Assembly (NCBI RefSeq): GCF_964355755.1
Contig: NC_092676.1
Coordinates: 1,617,788 to 1,681,787 of the forward strand
Direction of reading: 5' to 3'
Length of the DNA: 64,000 nt
From: Antedon mediterranea
Taxonomy: Eukaryota; Animalia; Echinodermata
This document shows positions 32,111 to 45,150 of the stretch, in pieces (position 1 is the first letter of the stretch; each line of letters starts with the position of its first letter). The position numbers were made by a program, and so were the translations under genes. The notes under the pieces are model-generated. The model saw only the letters and a program-made list of their open reading frames with translations. It was not told the DNA's origin and did no database searches.

Positions 32111-32219
32111 GGTTCTGTCTATATTATCAAACTATGTGATGTGCCCATATATGGACATGATGATGTCATATCACTACCATATTTGAGCACATCACACTAA
32201 TTTGATTGTAGACAGAGAT
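32111..32219. mobile_element. MITE family A copy (degenerate)
   Basis: TCTGTCTATATTATCAAAC ... TGTAGACAGAG with the characteristic interior. Confidence 0.7.
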
Positions 32220-32422
32220 TGAATAAGCTGTCATAGGAGAAGTACATGAAGAATAGAAGGTCTTTCAAAGATATTAATATTTAGTCCACGTTTTTTAAGT
32301 AAGTACTATCACATGCAATAATATTTAACACTAACAGTCCAATATATTAAGTGAGTGTGCAAATGATTTGAGCAATAAAACCCAGGCCAAAAGTCACAAA
32401 TGCTGTCTCTAAATTTAACATG

Positions 32423-32915
32423 CTTAAGCTAAAAATGTTACTGGTGTCTCATTTCAACTTGAGTATGATTACTTAGCTATAGATTTTACTTTAGTGTCTC
32501 AGTTCAACTTGAGTATGATTACTTAAGCTACAAATGTTACTGGTGTATCAGTAAGTTCAACTTGAGTATGACTACTCAAGCTACAAATGTTACTGGTGTC
32601 TCAGTTCAATTTGAATATGACTACTTAAGCTACAGATGTTACTGGTGTCTCAGTAAGTTCAATTTGAGTATGACTACTTAAGTTACAGATGTTACTGGTG
32701 TATCAGTAAGTTCAACTTGAGTATGACTACTTAAGCTCAAAATGTTACTGGTGTATCAGGAAGTTCAACTTGAGTATGACTACTTAAGCTACAGATGTTA
32801 CTGGTGTATCAGTAAGTACAACTTGAGTATGACTACTTAAGTTACAGAAGTTACTGATGTCTCAGTTCAACTTGAGTATGACTACTTAAGCTACAGATGT
32901 TACTGGTGTATCAGT
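32423..32915 (-). repeat. 49/53-bp tandem repeat spanning the MTF1 stop codon, 10 copies
   Basis: Plus-strand unit CTTAAGCTACAGATGTTACTGGTGT(A/C)TCAG(TAAG)TTCAACTTGAGTATGACTA at about 32423, 32472, 32522, 32575, 32624, 32677, 32730, 32783, 32836, 32885. The 32885 copy encodes the real C-terminus TDTPVTSVA*. Confidence 0.92.
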
Positions 32916-35900
32916 TGTTGGCACAGTATTCCTGGAATCTTTGCAATCACAGGGACAGCTACAATGACAACTGCAATTTGAACAAGATACTGTGGACATA
33001 CGATCCTTAAGGAATTCTGAATCAAATGATGATAATGACGGCAGATCATCAGGAATCTGTGAAGTTTGTCGCCCCTTCTGGTGCATTATGTCGTTCATAA
33101 TCTCCTGCGTGAACCGGTTTAGAGATGCCTGACTGTCTTCTCCCACTTGTAAAGTATTTTCTTGCGATGTTGGTTGATTTATTGTGTCTGGCATGATAAA
33201 GTTTGGATGGTAAACACTTTGGGATGATACATTGCCAACTAATCCTGTGTTTGATGTAAGCGCCGTTGATGATGACGATACAAGTGTATTGATTGTGTTG
33301 ATTACCTGTTGATCAGACTGTTGGAATATACTTGACGGAACTTGTCCGGTTTCTGTATCAACTAATCCTGAGTTTGATGTTAGCGTTGTTGATGAAGTTG
33401 ACGCAAGCGTATCAACAGTGTTGATTACATGTTGGTCAGGATGTTGGAATATGCTTGCAGGAACTTGACTGGTCTCGCTACCACCCGATTGGTTGTTGAT
33501 ATTCTTTGCTGGAAAAACATTACAAACAGAATTTGATTGTAGTTCGACATGGCTCTGTTGTTGAGTAAGCTGAGTCAAAACAGTGGACGGCTGTGTGCAC
33601 GCTGCGCCGCTGCCGGTTACTATTTGAATCTGCGGCTGTGTTGAATGACCATGGCTACAAACTCCTGAATTTCCATTGACCTGGATCACGCTGCTGCCTC
33701 CCTGGACTTGTATAACAGGTGCATTCTGGGATTCTGTTTGTGCTCCGCAATTTCCAGGTGTTATAATTAGTTTAGTAGGTGTTGCTCCATTATTTAACTG
33801 TATTACAATGCTTTGTGACTGGTTTGCAGTTGACTGTGTGTTACCTACTACTATCTTAGGTCCTCCCTCAACTTGAATCGAAGGTGCTGACAATGTTTCT
33901 AATTAAAATGATCAATTAAATTAATAATTAAATTTATATTGAATAAAACTTAAAGATAATGATAAACAAAGTCTCTTAATAAAGAATTAAAAATTCTTGG
34001 ATCAGACAGGATGGTAGGCAAGAATCTCCTCCATCAAACCACTCTGAAAACAGATACAGCTTAACCACAGAATTAGAAGTCATTTTAAGTCATTAATTAA
34101 TAGTTAATTAGTAGCAATCTGTAGCTGCAAATTACCTGAAGTTGGGACTGTGTTACTAGAAGATGGTACCACAATACCTGGAGATGATGCTACGATACCA
34201 GGAGATGGTGTCATGATAATGGGAGGTGGCGCTGTAATAGTCGATGGACTAACACCAGATTGTGTTACTGTAATTAAAGAAAACACTAACTTATTTACAA
34301 CAAATAATTGAACAATACATACAGAACTTATCTATTCATTCATTGTCCCATGACCTAGGTGACCTAGGTGGTCGTAGGGGCGTAGCAGACAAGATACAGT
34401 AGTACTCATGATGATACGACACTCACGCATACGCCATATCTCAAAGCCCTCTCTGGGCTGGCGAGGGTATTATAACATACCTGAATAGATTCTTGTCATT
34501 TGATTGGCGGATTGTGGGTCACATGATTGTGATATACAAAGACCCAATTATGAAATAACATAGCTTAATTGTAAAGTTCAAATAGGTAAAAATTAAATAA
34601 AGGGAAGCAAAAATGGAAAATGAGCATAATAATGTGCAACCTACATACCAGCTTGTGGTACACTTATACCGACTGTTGGTACCGTAATAGTTGGAACGGT
34701 GGATGCCACAGCCTCATTGGTGCTTAGTGACCTGATGGTGACCCCTTGCTGGTCGTTTCCAAGTTCATTGATGGTTTTAAGTAACTGAGCTATTGCAACA
34801 CTGGCTTGCTGATTTATCTGTTCACTCATTATTTTTTCACTCTGTGTAAAATAAAAAAAATAAAATATGGAGAACTTCATTAAATTACAGACTCAGGTTA
34901 CAAATAGAGGGCATGCTTGACAACTGTACTCCTAGCAACCACTAACATAGTCATTGCCAGATGAACGGAACATCGTACACATACGTATTCATAAAATGGT
35001 TTAACGTAAAGAATTATAATACAGATATAAATGTAGTACGAAAACGATCCTCAAAAAGTGAAGAAATTCAAGTTAGGCTTTCTCCCAAGTTTTCTCAAGG
35101 TTTGCATATGCGTGTATGAAAACATGTAATGAATCGGGAGGACATGATGATGTCATATCACTACCATATTTGGGCACATCACACTTTTTTTGTCAAACTT
35201 GTTTGATAGTGTAGACAGAGCTTCAATATTGGTAACTGAACTTACGTCCTCTTGATCGTCTTTGCTCTTATCATGTCCTTTTTTGTGGTTTTTCAAACTA
35301 TAATGCGTTGTAAATGATTTTTGGCATCCATCCTCAGCACAGGCAAATGGTTTTTCACCTGAACAAAAAAAAAATCATTATTTACTGGAAATAACAGGTT
35401 TAATTTACTCAACTGCATGCAAAAAAACTGATACTTTATAGCAAACAGTATACAGCAACTAAAATTTTTAAACAAAATCTATAAAAATTTAAAATATAGG
35501 AGAATGATTTACAGAAAGCACATGAATTCAAACTACTTGGTGTATATATCAACAGTAAATTAACATGCCACTCTCATGTAGATTATGTTTGTAGTAAGGC
35601 AAGCAAACTTCTTGGTTTTGTTTCAAGATGTAGTAAAGCAATGTCTTGGATGGCAATGCTAAATCTTTACAAAGCACTAATACTACCTGTTGTGACTTAC
35701 TGTTGTTGTATGTGGGCACCTACTGAAATATCTCATATGTATAGACTTGAAAGGGTTCAGAGAAAGGCCACTAGAATAATTATGTACAGAAAAGAAGGAA
35801 ATTGGGACACTTCATATTTATATAGGTTAAAGACCCTATATTTTAAGTATTGGAGATATATTTAAAGTGTATAGACTCACATTAGGTTTTAAAATAATGC

Positions 35901-38067
35901 ATGGCCTCTGTCCATCATCCTTTAATGAGTTTGTGAGATCAAGTGAGAGGTGTGAAGGGCGGTTAATACATTGGAAGGCAAAGACCAATACATTTTTAAA
36001 TTCATCGTTTGTTATTTTCCTTAGATTATGGGAGCAACTTCCCAATGAAATTAAACAATGTGCTACAATTTCAGACTTTAAAGCCCAACTCATCAAACAT
36101 TTGATCTCAAAATATTAAGTTGTAATTGTTTATATTATTTATTCAATGCAGCTTATTTTTAATTGGTGTATCTCATTATAACTTTGTTTTGTTTTGTTTA
36201 TTTTGACTTAATGTGTGCTACTTAGTTTTGTTATTTTTGTATTTTATAAGTAATGATGGAGTAAGAGCAGTTTTCTGTTTGGGCTCATGCCTATTACTTG
36301 CTCCTGGCAAGATGATTGTAAAATGTACTTTATGAACTTTTGCTGAATAAATATTATTATTATTATTATTATTATATGTACCACAAATACAGGACACTAT
36401 AGATCTAAGTTCCCTGGTGTAGGCTGGTTACTCTGAAGCTCTGTCTACACTATCAAAAAGTGTAATATGGTAGTGATATACCCAAATATGGTAATGATAT
36501 GACATCATGTCCATATATGGGCACATCACATTTTACTTTACTCATCATTTTACTTTTATCACATAAACTTTGATAATGTAGACATAGCTGTAGAATTAGC
36601 AAGCTGTTTCAGCAGATGAAGCAGAAGTAATTTTACTGTGGGTATTCAACTACGACGATCTGTTAAATTAAACGTCCCAAAGCTCACTATTATGCATTTT
36701 AAAACTGATTGTAATCAAATACCTGTATGAGTGCGTACATGTGTCTTGAGATGGTGACTAGCATTAAAGGCCTTCCCACAGCTATCAAACTCGCATCTAA
36801 ACAAATATCAAAAAGAGATTTTAAAATAAACTGCTATGACTTGTCACAGATTTTAACACAAAAAAACATAATTCTTATAAAAAAAATCATATTAAATTGA
36901 AATACAGGAAAATCTCCCAAAACCAGACACATTTGCGCTGATATTATTGTTTTCCGAAAATTTGGTATTTGGAATGTGTTTTTAGAAAAGCCTGGTTTTG
37001 GGAGAGTTTCCAGTTCCCAGAAAATCCAGTTGGTAGAGTTGACTGTCCTTAATATAATTATGAAATCAATCAAATTTAAATTAATTCTTTTTAAATTATA
37101 AAATTCAATTAATGTTAGGACGGAAAACGTTAGCAACAACAATTAATAACATTACTTATTTCATTAAAGGAAAAAAGATAATACATATAAACTTAAGCTG
37201 TTTAGAAGTAGTACGTAACTTGCGGTACCTTGTCTTGCCATGACAAAAAAAATGTAAAAATACTTACTTGTACGGTCTTTCACCAGTGTGAATTCTGATA
37301 TGTTTTCTAAGATCACTCAACGTTGTGAAGAACTTTGTACATCCTTCAGAATCACAGTTAAACGTGTTTCCTTCGTGTAAGCGTTTATGGGCTTTCAATC
37401 GATACAGAGTATTAAAACTTTTAGTGCAATTTTTCTCTTCGCATGAATACGGTTTCTCTTTTGTGTGAACGCGTATGTGAATTTTCAAACTATACGAGGT
37501 GAGAAACGCCTTACCGCAACCTCTCTCCTTACATGTGAAGCTGTATTCTCCCGTATGTGTTTTATGGTGCGTTTTAAGATTCCCCGCCGTGCTGTACGAA
37601 CGTTGACAATTCTGGTATTGGCACTCGTAACGTTTGAATTCTCGCATTTTTGTATGAGGGTTGTCATTTTCAACAGTTAATGTTGCTCCATGAATATTGT
37701 CAGGCATAGGCTCAAATGAGCTAATTTGCATCTGAATTTGATCATCAGATATTGTATTATGTATAAAACCACCTTTAATATTGTGAACGGTGGTAGATGT
37801 ACCGGGTTGATCAAACGAACCTAGGCCTAGACCCTCGGTATCCACAGATGAATATGTATGGTCTGTCAACCCACGTTCGCTGTCATGATCAAGCTCACTT
37901 GGATCGCCACCAAACAAATCGACTGGCTCACATTCTTCAATGAAGACAGAAGTTTGATCGAATGTCTGTTCAACTTGATGAATCCCCTGCTGTTGTTCAT
38001 CCTCGTCCAGTTGCATTTCATCATTTACACTTTCAGGTTTATCCTCACCACTATTCATTTTTGCCAT
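32886..38067 (-). CDS. MTF1: Metal regulatory transcription factor 1 (six C2H2 fingers plus C-terminal Cys cluster)
   Basis: Phase-consistent exons 38067-37268, 36796-36723, 35358-35246, 34841-34649, 34267-34136, 33898-32886. MTF1-specific motifs: [90 protein letters not shown], sixth finger [10 protein letters not shown]. Confidence 0.95.
35140..35222. mobile_element. MITE family A half copy (MTF1 intron)
   Basis: Interior plus right TIR GTTTGATAGTGTAGACAGAGCT only. Confidence 0.75.
35510..36375 (+). mobile_element. 5'-truncated CR1/L2-group LINE 3' end in an MTF1 intron (antisense to MTF1)
   Basis: Disrupted ORF2 C-terminus [27 protein letters not shown]...[19 protein letters not shown]....[10 protein letters not shown]...[10 protein letters not shown]; ends AATAAA followed by (TAT)n. 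Confidence 0.85.
36437..36589. mobile_element. MITE family A copy (MTF1 intron)
   Basis: AGCTCTGTCTACACTATCAAA ... TTTGATAATGTAGACATAGCT. Confidence 0.85.
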
Positions 38068-38581
38068 TTTTATTTTTTAATAAGTCTTCCAACGACGAGT
38101 TTGCCATATAAATATTTCAGTTGTATAAACTCTGGGTTCAATGCTGCTATATATATTGTACTACTAGTAGTATGCCTAGGCCTCCAAGTTGATTCATAAT
38201 GGCATGCGGATGAAAGTAGGCCTTCTCTGCTTGGTTGGCCAAGCCTAGCCGAACCACCTACTTATCCTCTAGCAAAAGGCCTAAATTACCAGGAGATATT
38301 CTAGACGTGGTCTAGGCCTAGGCAGGCCTAAACTAAGAATAAGATCTTATATTTACTAAATAAACATTTATTTCGTTAACAACAAATGGATACTTGTTTC
38401 AGTAACGTATCGGTTCCTTAAGCTTCTTGAAATACTAATATTGATTGATAAATATAATATTTTCCAGAGAATTCCGTCACACAAAAAGTACACTAGCGAA
38501 CAAAAAAGTATTTTCGCATGTCATTTTGGTGTCAAAGGTCGCTGGATAAAAACAAATTGAAAAGAGATAAGAACGGTCGCA

Positions 38582-38950
38582 TACTAATATCTACGCCCGG
38601 TAGAACCCGGTAGGGTTTTATGATATAAAATGACGTATAGTACATTTTATTAACATGCTTTAGTGGTAAATTTAACTCATATATGTTTTTTCTTTCCACA
38701 AACGAGTTAAGATCAGTTAAAATATTGTTAATCCATGGAGGAGCCACAAAAAAAAAAATCACTTATCGCAGAGGGCGGTCTTCAGTTTCGGAATAAACCT
38801 AATCATCAGTTTGACAGTTTTTCACATTAAAAATGAAGCCTATAAACGTACATTTAAATATCACAATAACATTAAATTTAATGTTTGCATGTACTTGATA
38901 ACATTTTATATCATAAAATCCTACCGGGCGATACCGGGCGTAGATTAGTA
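38582..38950. mobile_element. MITE-like element with about 60-bp imperfect TIRs between MTF1 and H2A.X
   Basis: TACTAAT(AT)CTACGCCCGGTA...CCCGGTAGG.TTTTATGATATAAAATG is matched in inverted orientation at 38900-38950. Confidence 0.75.
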
Positions 38951-39879
38951 GGCTAATAATGACCCGATATAATTATCTTTGCTATAAATTAGACAAACTT
39001 TTTAATTATTTATTTGAATACGAAAATTGGGTGTGGTCATTTTGTGGGTCTAGACTCCTCTCCCATTATGTTCAATTCTATATTGTTTCCGACACTTTAG
39101 AATGAATGAGTGAGATGGAGTGAGGGAAGTTAGTATTTAGTAATACTGTAGTAGTCATATATAAATAGGACTGGGCGGCTGAATAATTTAAAAACAAAAA
39201 TGATGCATATAAAAGAGTAGACAATTGGGTGACACCTATTTTATTTACATTATAAAAGGGAGGGGGAATTGTTTTCACGTGTACACTAATACACATTGAT
39301 ATTTCATTTCAAACCATAATAAAAAATAGCCTACAGAGGTGAATTGGTCAGGGACAGTGACTACTTGTACTAAAGTAAATAAGATTAGTTACTATAACTT
39401 ATAACTAAAGATTCAGCATTCCCATGATCTGATATAAATTTATAATAAACAATTAATATTAGACGTGAATATACAGTACAAAAAAAATACCTTATATATA
39501 CAAAATAAATTAAATATGCAAAACAAAAAAGAATTAAAGATAATTATCAAGAAGGAAAGAGTCAGTATTTCATAAAGGATGAAGAAGAGATTCATCATTA
39601 TTAATAATACTGTACATATTAAAATTCAAAAATATTAAATTTATTTAGACTATAATAATAATATACTGTAGTTAATTTGAAAATATAGCAGCAGTTATTA
39701 CTGAAATATGTTTTAGCGATTTTATCGTTGATATTTTATTACAATTGGAAGAATAAATGTACGGTTTTTAATTAGATTTATCAGTCATCATAGAGGAGAG
39801 CCAGGCCTTCACCTTTAGTTCAAACTCAAAAAATATATCCAAAAATCGCGCGAACAGTATTGCTAATTTACATACCTAA

Positions 39880-39964
39880 CCATTCATTGGATCCCCTTAT
39901 AAAGTCTTGATTGTGATTGGACATTTCATCGTACGCGCTGAAGCCTGGTAAAATGCTATAAATA
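39880..39964 (+). promoter_or_regulatory. H2A.X promoter: reverse CCAAT boxes and TATA box
   Basis: ATTGG at about 39886 and 39916; TATAAATA at 39957-39964, about 95 bp before the ATG. Confidence 0.65.
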
Positions 39965-40055
39965 CCCGTGACGGAAGCACGTGGTTATTATTCGTTCGCC
40001 AAACACCAAGCTGCTTTGTCGTGTCGTTCAAATCAATACATTCTAAAATTACAAA

Positions 40056-40466
40056 ATGTCTGGTCGTGGTAAAGGAGGCAAATCTAAAGCAAAGGCCAAG
40101 AGCCGATCAAGCCGTGCTGGACTTCAGTTCCCAGTCGGCCGTGTCCATCGTTTCCTGCGAAAGGGTAATTATGCTGGACGTGTTGGTGCTGGTGCTCCAG
40201 TTTACATGGCCGCCGTGCTCGAGTACTTGACGGCTGAAATTTTGGAGTTGGCGGGCAACGCTGCCCGTGACAACAAAAAGAGCAGAATCATCCCTCGTCA
40301 TCTTCAACTTGCCATCCGTAACGATGAAGAGTTAAACCGCCTCCTCGGCAGTGTAACCATTGCACAAGGCGGTGTGCTACCAAATATCCAGGCTGTTCTT
40401 TTGCCCAAGAAGACTGCTGCTGCCAAAGGAAAAGGTGGCAAATCCAGCCAGAGCCAAGAATTCTAA
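40056..40466 (+). CDS. H2AX: Histone H2A.X (C-terminal SQEF), solitary, intronless CDS
   Basis: Canonical H2A core ([49 protein letters not shown]) plus an extended tail ending SQSQEF. No other histone genes in the window. Confidence 0.95.
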   Translation: MSGRGKGGKSKAKAKSRSSRAGLQFPVGRVHRFLRKGNYAGRVGAGAPVYMAAVLEYLTAEILELAGNAARDNKKSRIIPRHLQLAIRNDEELNRLLGSVTIAQGGVLPNIQAVLLPKKTAAAKGKGGKSSQSQEF

Positions 40467-40503
40467 ACATTCTAGGTTCGTCCAGCAATAATTCAAACCA
40501 AAC

Positions 40504-40538
40504 GGCCCTTTTCAGGGCCACCAAATGACAAAAGAAAT
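40504..40538 (+). terminator. Histone 3' stem-loop and purine-rich downstream element
   Basis: GGCCCT-TTTC-AGGGCC at 40504-40519, preceded by CCAAAC and followed by ACCA, then CAAAAGAAA (HDE-like). Confidence 0.92.
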
Positions 40539-41385
40539 TTGAAAGCATTTTACTAACTATACTTATTACTAGCCTAGGCATCGTACCTACCAGGGAGGGA
40601 TATAATTTATAAATATACTGTAATATTAAAATATCGTTTCTAGTTTGCACGTGTGCTGATTTAGTAAATATTTTTATTTTTCAGGATTGAAGAAGAACTG
40701 CTCAGCTGCAGTGCAATAAATACAAAAATGGAGTAGGCCTAGTTTGATTGGCCAATGCAATATAGCCTTACTACTTACTGCACTACGCTAGGCTAAAAGT
40801 AAATAACTATATATAGTCCTACTAGGCTGTATGAATACATTATTTGGTCGTTTTACGCTGTAATATTACTTTTATTGTATGTACTTTTTAATAAAAGGTT
40901 TTTATATGGAATGTTCTCAATTTTATTTGTTTGTGCATTTAACAACTCCTGTATTACATAGGCAAACTGTTGTTAGGTTCTGTTGAATTTTTACTTCATA
41001 CGTTGTTTGCAGAATTTTTCTGCCTTCTGTTTGTACTACTGTATTTATGTGTTTTATGAATAAATACCTACATATACAGTACTGTATATTAATTCCCATA
41101 CACAGTACAGTGTTTCATTGGGTTTTCCCCCAGACGACCACACGCGACGATTGAAAAGGTAAAACTACAGAGGGCAGTCTTTCAGATATCTATGGAATGC
41201 CACAGGGTATAGGTTGGTTCAGTAATGAACAATACTAATACTGTACTGTGTACCAAACCGCAACCGTATCTAAATCGTGTAATTGAGATTGCTGTGAGAT
41301 AAACGACATCCGCCTTCCATAGAAAGATTGTTAAAGCGGGGTTTTCTGATTCAGCAAAAAAACTGAACCGAGTAGTCGGTCTGAG

Positions 41386-44238
41386 ATGGAATCTGCTGCA
41401 TATTTTGGTGATGTTGTTAGACAAATTTCACGTGCTGTTGATGACGAAGAAGATGTTGAATTTAACGAATCCACATTGTAGGCTAGGCTCAATTGTTGTA
41501 TTTAATTCCTAGGCCTATTTAGTACAGTATTTGTTTTCTGTAGGCATGTGCCAGGCCATGTCCAATAGTTGGCCTAGGCTATCCTACCACCAGCAGGCAT
41601 TGTTCACTATGTATTTGTAGTGGCTTGTTGTACTCTAGCTGGGTATGGAACGTCAATACTGTATACAGTACTATATAATGTATGGCGCGCCACAAGTGCA
41701 TATAAAGTAACCAAGATCCACAACATAGTGCTATAACATTTTGAAAAATATATCAAACAATAGAGGGGGCTATTTAAAAATCTAAAGATATTGGCAGAAT
41801 TTATATTACTGTAGTAAACATGAGTATGATTTTATATCTGGAGGAGACTCCCATGATTACTGGGAGAGTTGTTAGTATATGCTTATTTTTTAACCAGATT
41901 TGTCTTAATTAATATTACAGACCTGTGTTAAGATGGTGTCCATCCATACGAAAACAGATTGAGGGCGGTAACCGTTTGACATGTAGTGTCCTAGTAGTGG
42001 CTGTTGGTGCAGAAGCTGTAGGTATGATCAAATTAGATCTGCATAAATATTTCATGTTTGAAACCTATTTAATCATCATCCAGACAGCTTGAGTCCCTTC
42101 CTTTACCTAAAAAAAAGAGATAAAAAATATGCAGTGACCTGATTGTCCACCATTCATTTTGGCCACCTTATTCGCCCAAAAAAACCACCATTGCTCTCTA
42201 TGACATAGCAAGTAAAGGTAGCCTAATAACCCTTGTACAGTAATCTATGCATTCATATTGATGTACATACTGACATTGTTTTTCTACAGGATTTTGCCAA
42301 GCATACTTACTACCAGAAGATCCCGAGATTCTTGGCGTCTTCTCAACCAGGATGACCACTCTGGATAAGAACAGTTTTAGTCAGAAAGCTGATTTAGATA
42401 AAACATGTTATATACACAGAATCGCAAGTAGTCCAGAAGTTCTGGTTGTTTTATGCAAATCAACTGTTGCACCTGAGCAATCATTTACATGGACAGAACA
42501 GGTGATAAACACGGACGGGACATTTTTTATCTTCATTAATGTAGTAGTATAGTACAACTGTATAAATAAATTTTAGACCTTAGACCTAACCACTAGTAAT
42601 TTGTAGGAAAACTAACTTCTATGTTTTGCATGTAAGGTGTTAGTCTGGGTTTAATATTAGTAAAAAGATAAATATTTTGGCACATATGGCATTTCATACG
42701 TATACTACTTTTGTTTTCAGACAAAAATCGAAATAAAAACAAATAAATGAATACAGAGTGGGGCAAGTCTAGTAAGGTGTATGAACCGTACTATTATAAA
42801 TCCTACAAGTTTCTTTTCAGTAAGCTGGGGTGGCATAAAAGTACAGGCCCATTAAGCTTTTTCAACAAACTTCTTTATTACCTTAGTAATAATAAAGTAA
42901 AAGTTTGTTTTGTTTTTTTATCTCTTTTCAAATTAGTTGTTTGAACACATTAAGACTGAGAACTTGTATGTCACCGTGTTATCATCCAGTTTAGTAACGG
43001 AATACCGGAGCAGTCGACTAGTGTCCGAGTTACCGACACCATTTCTACGAGCGCTTCGCTCTACCGCATATAAGGCAAAACCGCAGAGCCCATTCTTGGA
43101 ATCTCCAAATATGGTGAGCGGCTTACCAGCTGCAAGTATGTAAAAGCATTTTTGCTAAAATAATTGATTTATAAACATTTTAGTGAAAGCAACACGATTA
43201 TGATTATTACATAATTGAACTGCAATGTTAGGTTTTCAATATTACAGTATACAAATGAATGTTTATTAGCTGAATGGTGAGAATATTTCATGATTTGAAA
43301 AATTCAGTCCTCTAACGAAATGGAGCCTAGTTAAATATACCTTTCCGGCATGTGATGCATAATTATTCAATCAAATTGCCAGAATACAATCAGGTGTGTT
43401 ATAATAAGTATATATTTTTCCCATCCTCGCAGTTCTTAATCACTGTCAGATACAGTCCATAGCAGCTGTGTTGTATGTATCTTTCGTTGACTCACCACAT
43501 GTGGACGTGGACTCTATGAAAGTATTCCAGCCGGTGCTAAGTGCAACACCTGTCAAACACCTTGTACAGGTATAATTATTCATTCTAAATATTTCACCTG
43601 GGTAGCTATTTAGTCTGGTTGGTACCATATATAGATAAAATAATAATAATAATAAAATCTAAACATGATATTAACACTAATAAAAGATGATTTGACCAAT
43701 GGTCATAGCCAAAGCTAATGTTAAGTGCAGAATGAACATTATCAAAATGCCTCGTCTAAACTACTTATGCAAGCCCCCTAAGTCAATCAATTTAAGTAGA
43801 GACTTAAGTCAAGACACCTAACCTAATAATAGGCACTAGCCTGAATTTATTCCATCAAACAATAAGTGTATGTTTACTGTATAATAAAAAAAAAAGCCCA
43901 ACCGTATTAATGTGTTAAAATATGACAAAAGCTGGTAATTATTTTTACCAGGTGGCATGTTGAAAGTGGTTAAAAACAATTGATGTTAACTACATGATGT
44001 AATTGGTTTTATTTTTGGATTAACAAAGAGACAAAAACTGATATTTTAGAAAGCTTTGTATAGTAATCACCAAGTCGTACCGCAATCCCTTCACCATTTA
44101 CAATGTTGTAGACTTGTTTTCAATTATTGCAAGTATTAATTTAAGGTTGCCTTTCTTTTTCAGCCTGGACCAGAAGCATCTGACAGGCTCAAGAAATTTG
44201 TAGAAGTTCACCTAAACACAATCAACTTGTACACATGA
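41386..44238 (+). CDS. PSMG1: Proteasome assembly chaperone 1, 6 exons (largely missed by the ORF track)
   Basis: Exons 41386-41477, 41921-42021, 42290-42501, 42937-43135, 43433-43569, 44164-44238 join in frame: MESAAYFGDVV..RAVDDEED, CSVLVVAVG, EQSFTWTEQLF, LPTPFLRALRS, LESPNMVSGLPAAILNHCQ, C-terminus NLYT*. This matches PAC1/PSMG1. Confidence 0.92.
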
Positions 44239-44258
44239 CCAAAGGTCACCTGCAAAAA

Positions 44259-44335
44259 TAACTAACATAGTGAACGCAAGTGTTAACTAACTTAGTGAAC
44301 GCAAGTGTTACCTAACTAACATAGTGAACACAAGC
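44259..44335. repeat. Short 25-30-bp tandem repeat in the PSMG1 3'UTR, 3 copies
   Basis: AACTAAC(A/T)TAGTGAAC(G/A)CAAG three times. Confidence 0.7.
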
Positions 44336-45022
44336 TTCAAATATAATTTTCATAAGTCATAAGAGTCATAATGTCCTTACAATCAGTAGATAGAACCCCA
44401 AGGTAACACCTTGGTGCCCAAAAAGTGTCCCTTAATAAAATATCTATCATTTCTTTCACCAGTGTCCCCTTAATCATAGAGATATTATAGTTCACTATAA
44501 TATCTCTATGCCTTAATAGGGATGTCCCAATGTATTTTAATTGTATTAAAGAGGGCCCCTGAATATCAGTTAACCCACTGGGCTAAACTGGAAGGGTTAC
44601 CCTCTTTAAAGATGGTTGAAATAAAAAAAAGCCAAATGCTGATTGATATAGTACTGTATCTTCTGTATCGTGCTGTCCAATAAACAACTACAAAAAACCT
44701 GACTATTTAAACATCAGACAGCCTTGGTATTGTATGTTATCAAAGGACAATTGTGTAACCAGTTGATTGACATAGTATTACATGTTCCACTAAATGACTA
44801 CTGATAATGTGTTTATAAATTCTGTGAAGCTGTTTTGTGTATTTTTCAATAAAATAAACAATTAAATATTCGTTCGTTTGGTTATTGTTGCAATGTAAAT
44901 AAAAGATTAAAAAAACCATACCTTTATTGGAAGCCACTTTTAATTTAAGTTATTATTAATGTACAATGTATTAAGTATGTACAGATAATTTTACAGACAA
45001 AAGGATTGGTTGTGATAAATAG

Positions 45023-45150
45023 AATAAGTTCAAATAGACACATAATTATATGTTCAAATAGACACATATAAGTTCAAATAGACACATATAAGTTCAAATA
45101 GACACATAATTATATGTTCAAATAGGCACATATAAGTTCAAATAGACACC
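45023..45150. repeat. 20/26-bp tandem repeat, about 6 copies
   Basis: Core GTTCAAATAGACACAT repeated. Confidence 0.8.

Noticed and set aside
35641-36118. Nested gene in an MTF1 intron
   Set aside because: Disrupted LINE ORF2 C-terminus with a 3' tail.
38068-39900. MRE (TGCRCNC) autoregulatory cluster upstream of MTF1
   Set aside because: No cluster seen by eye.
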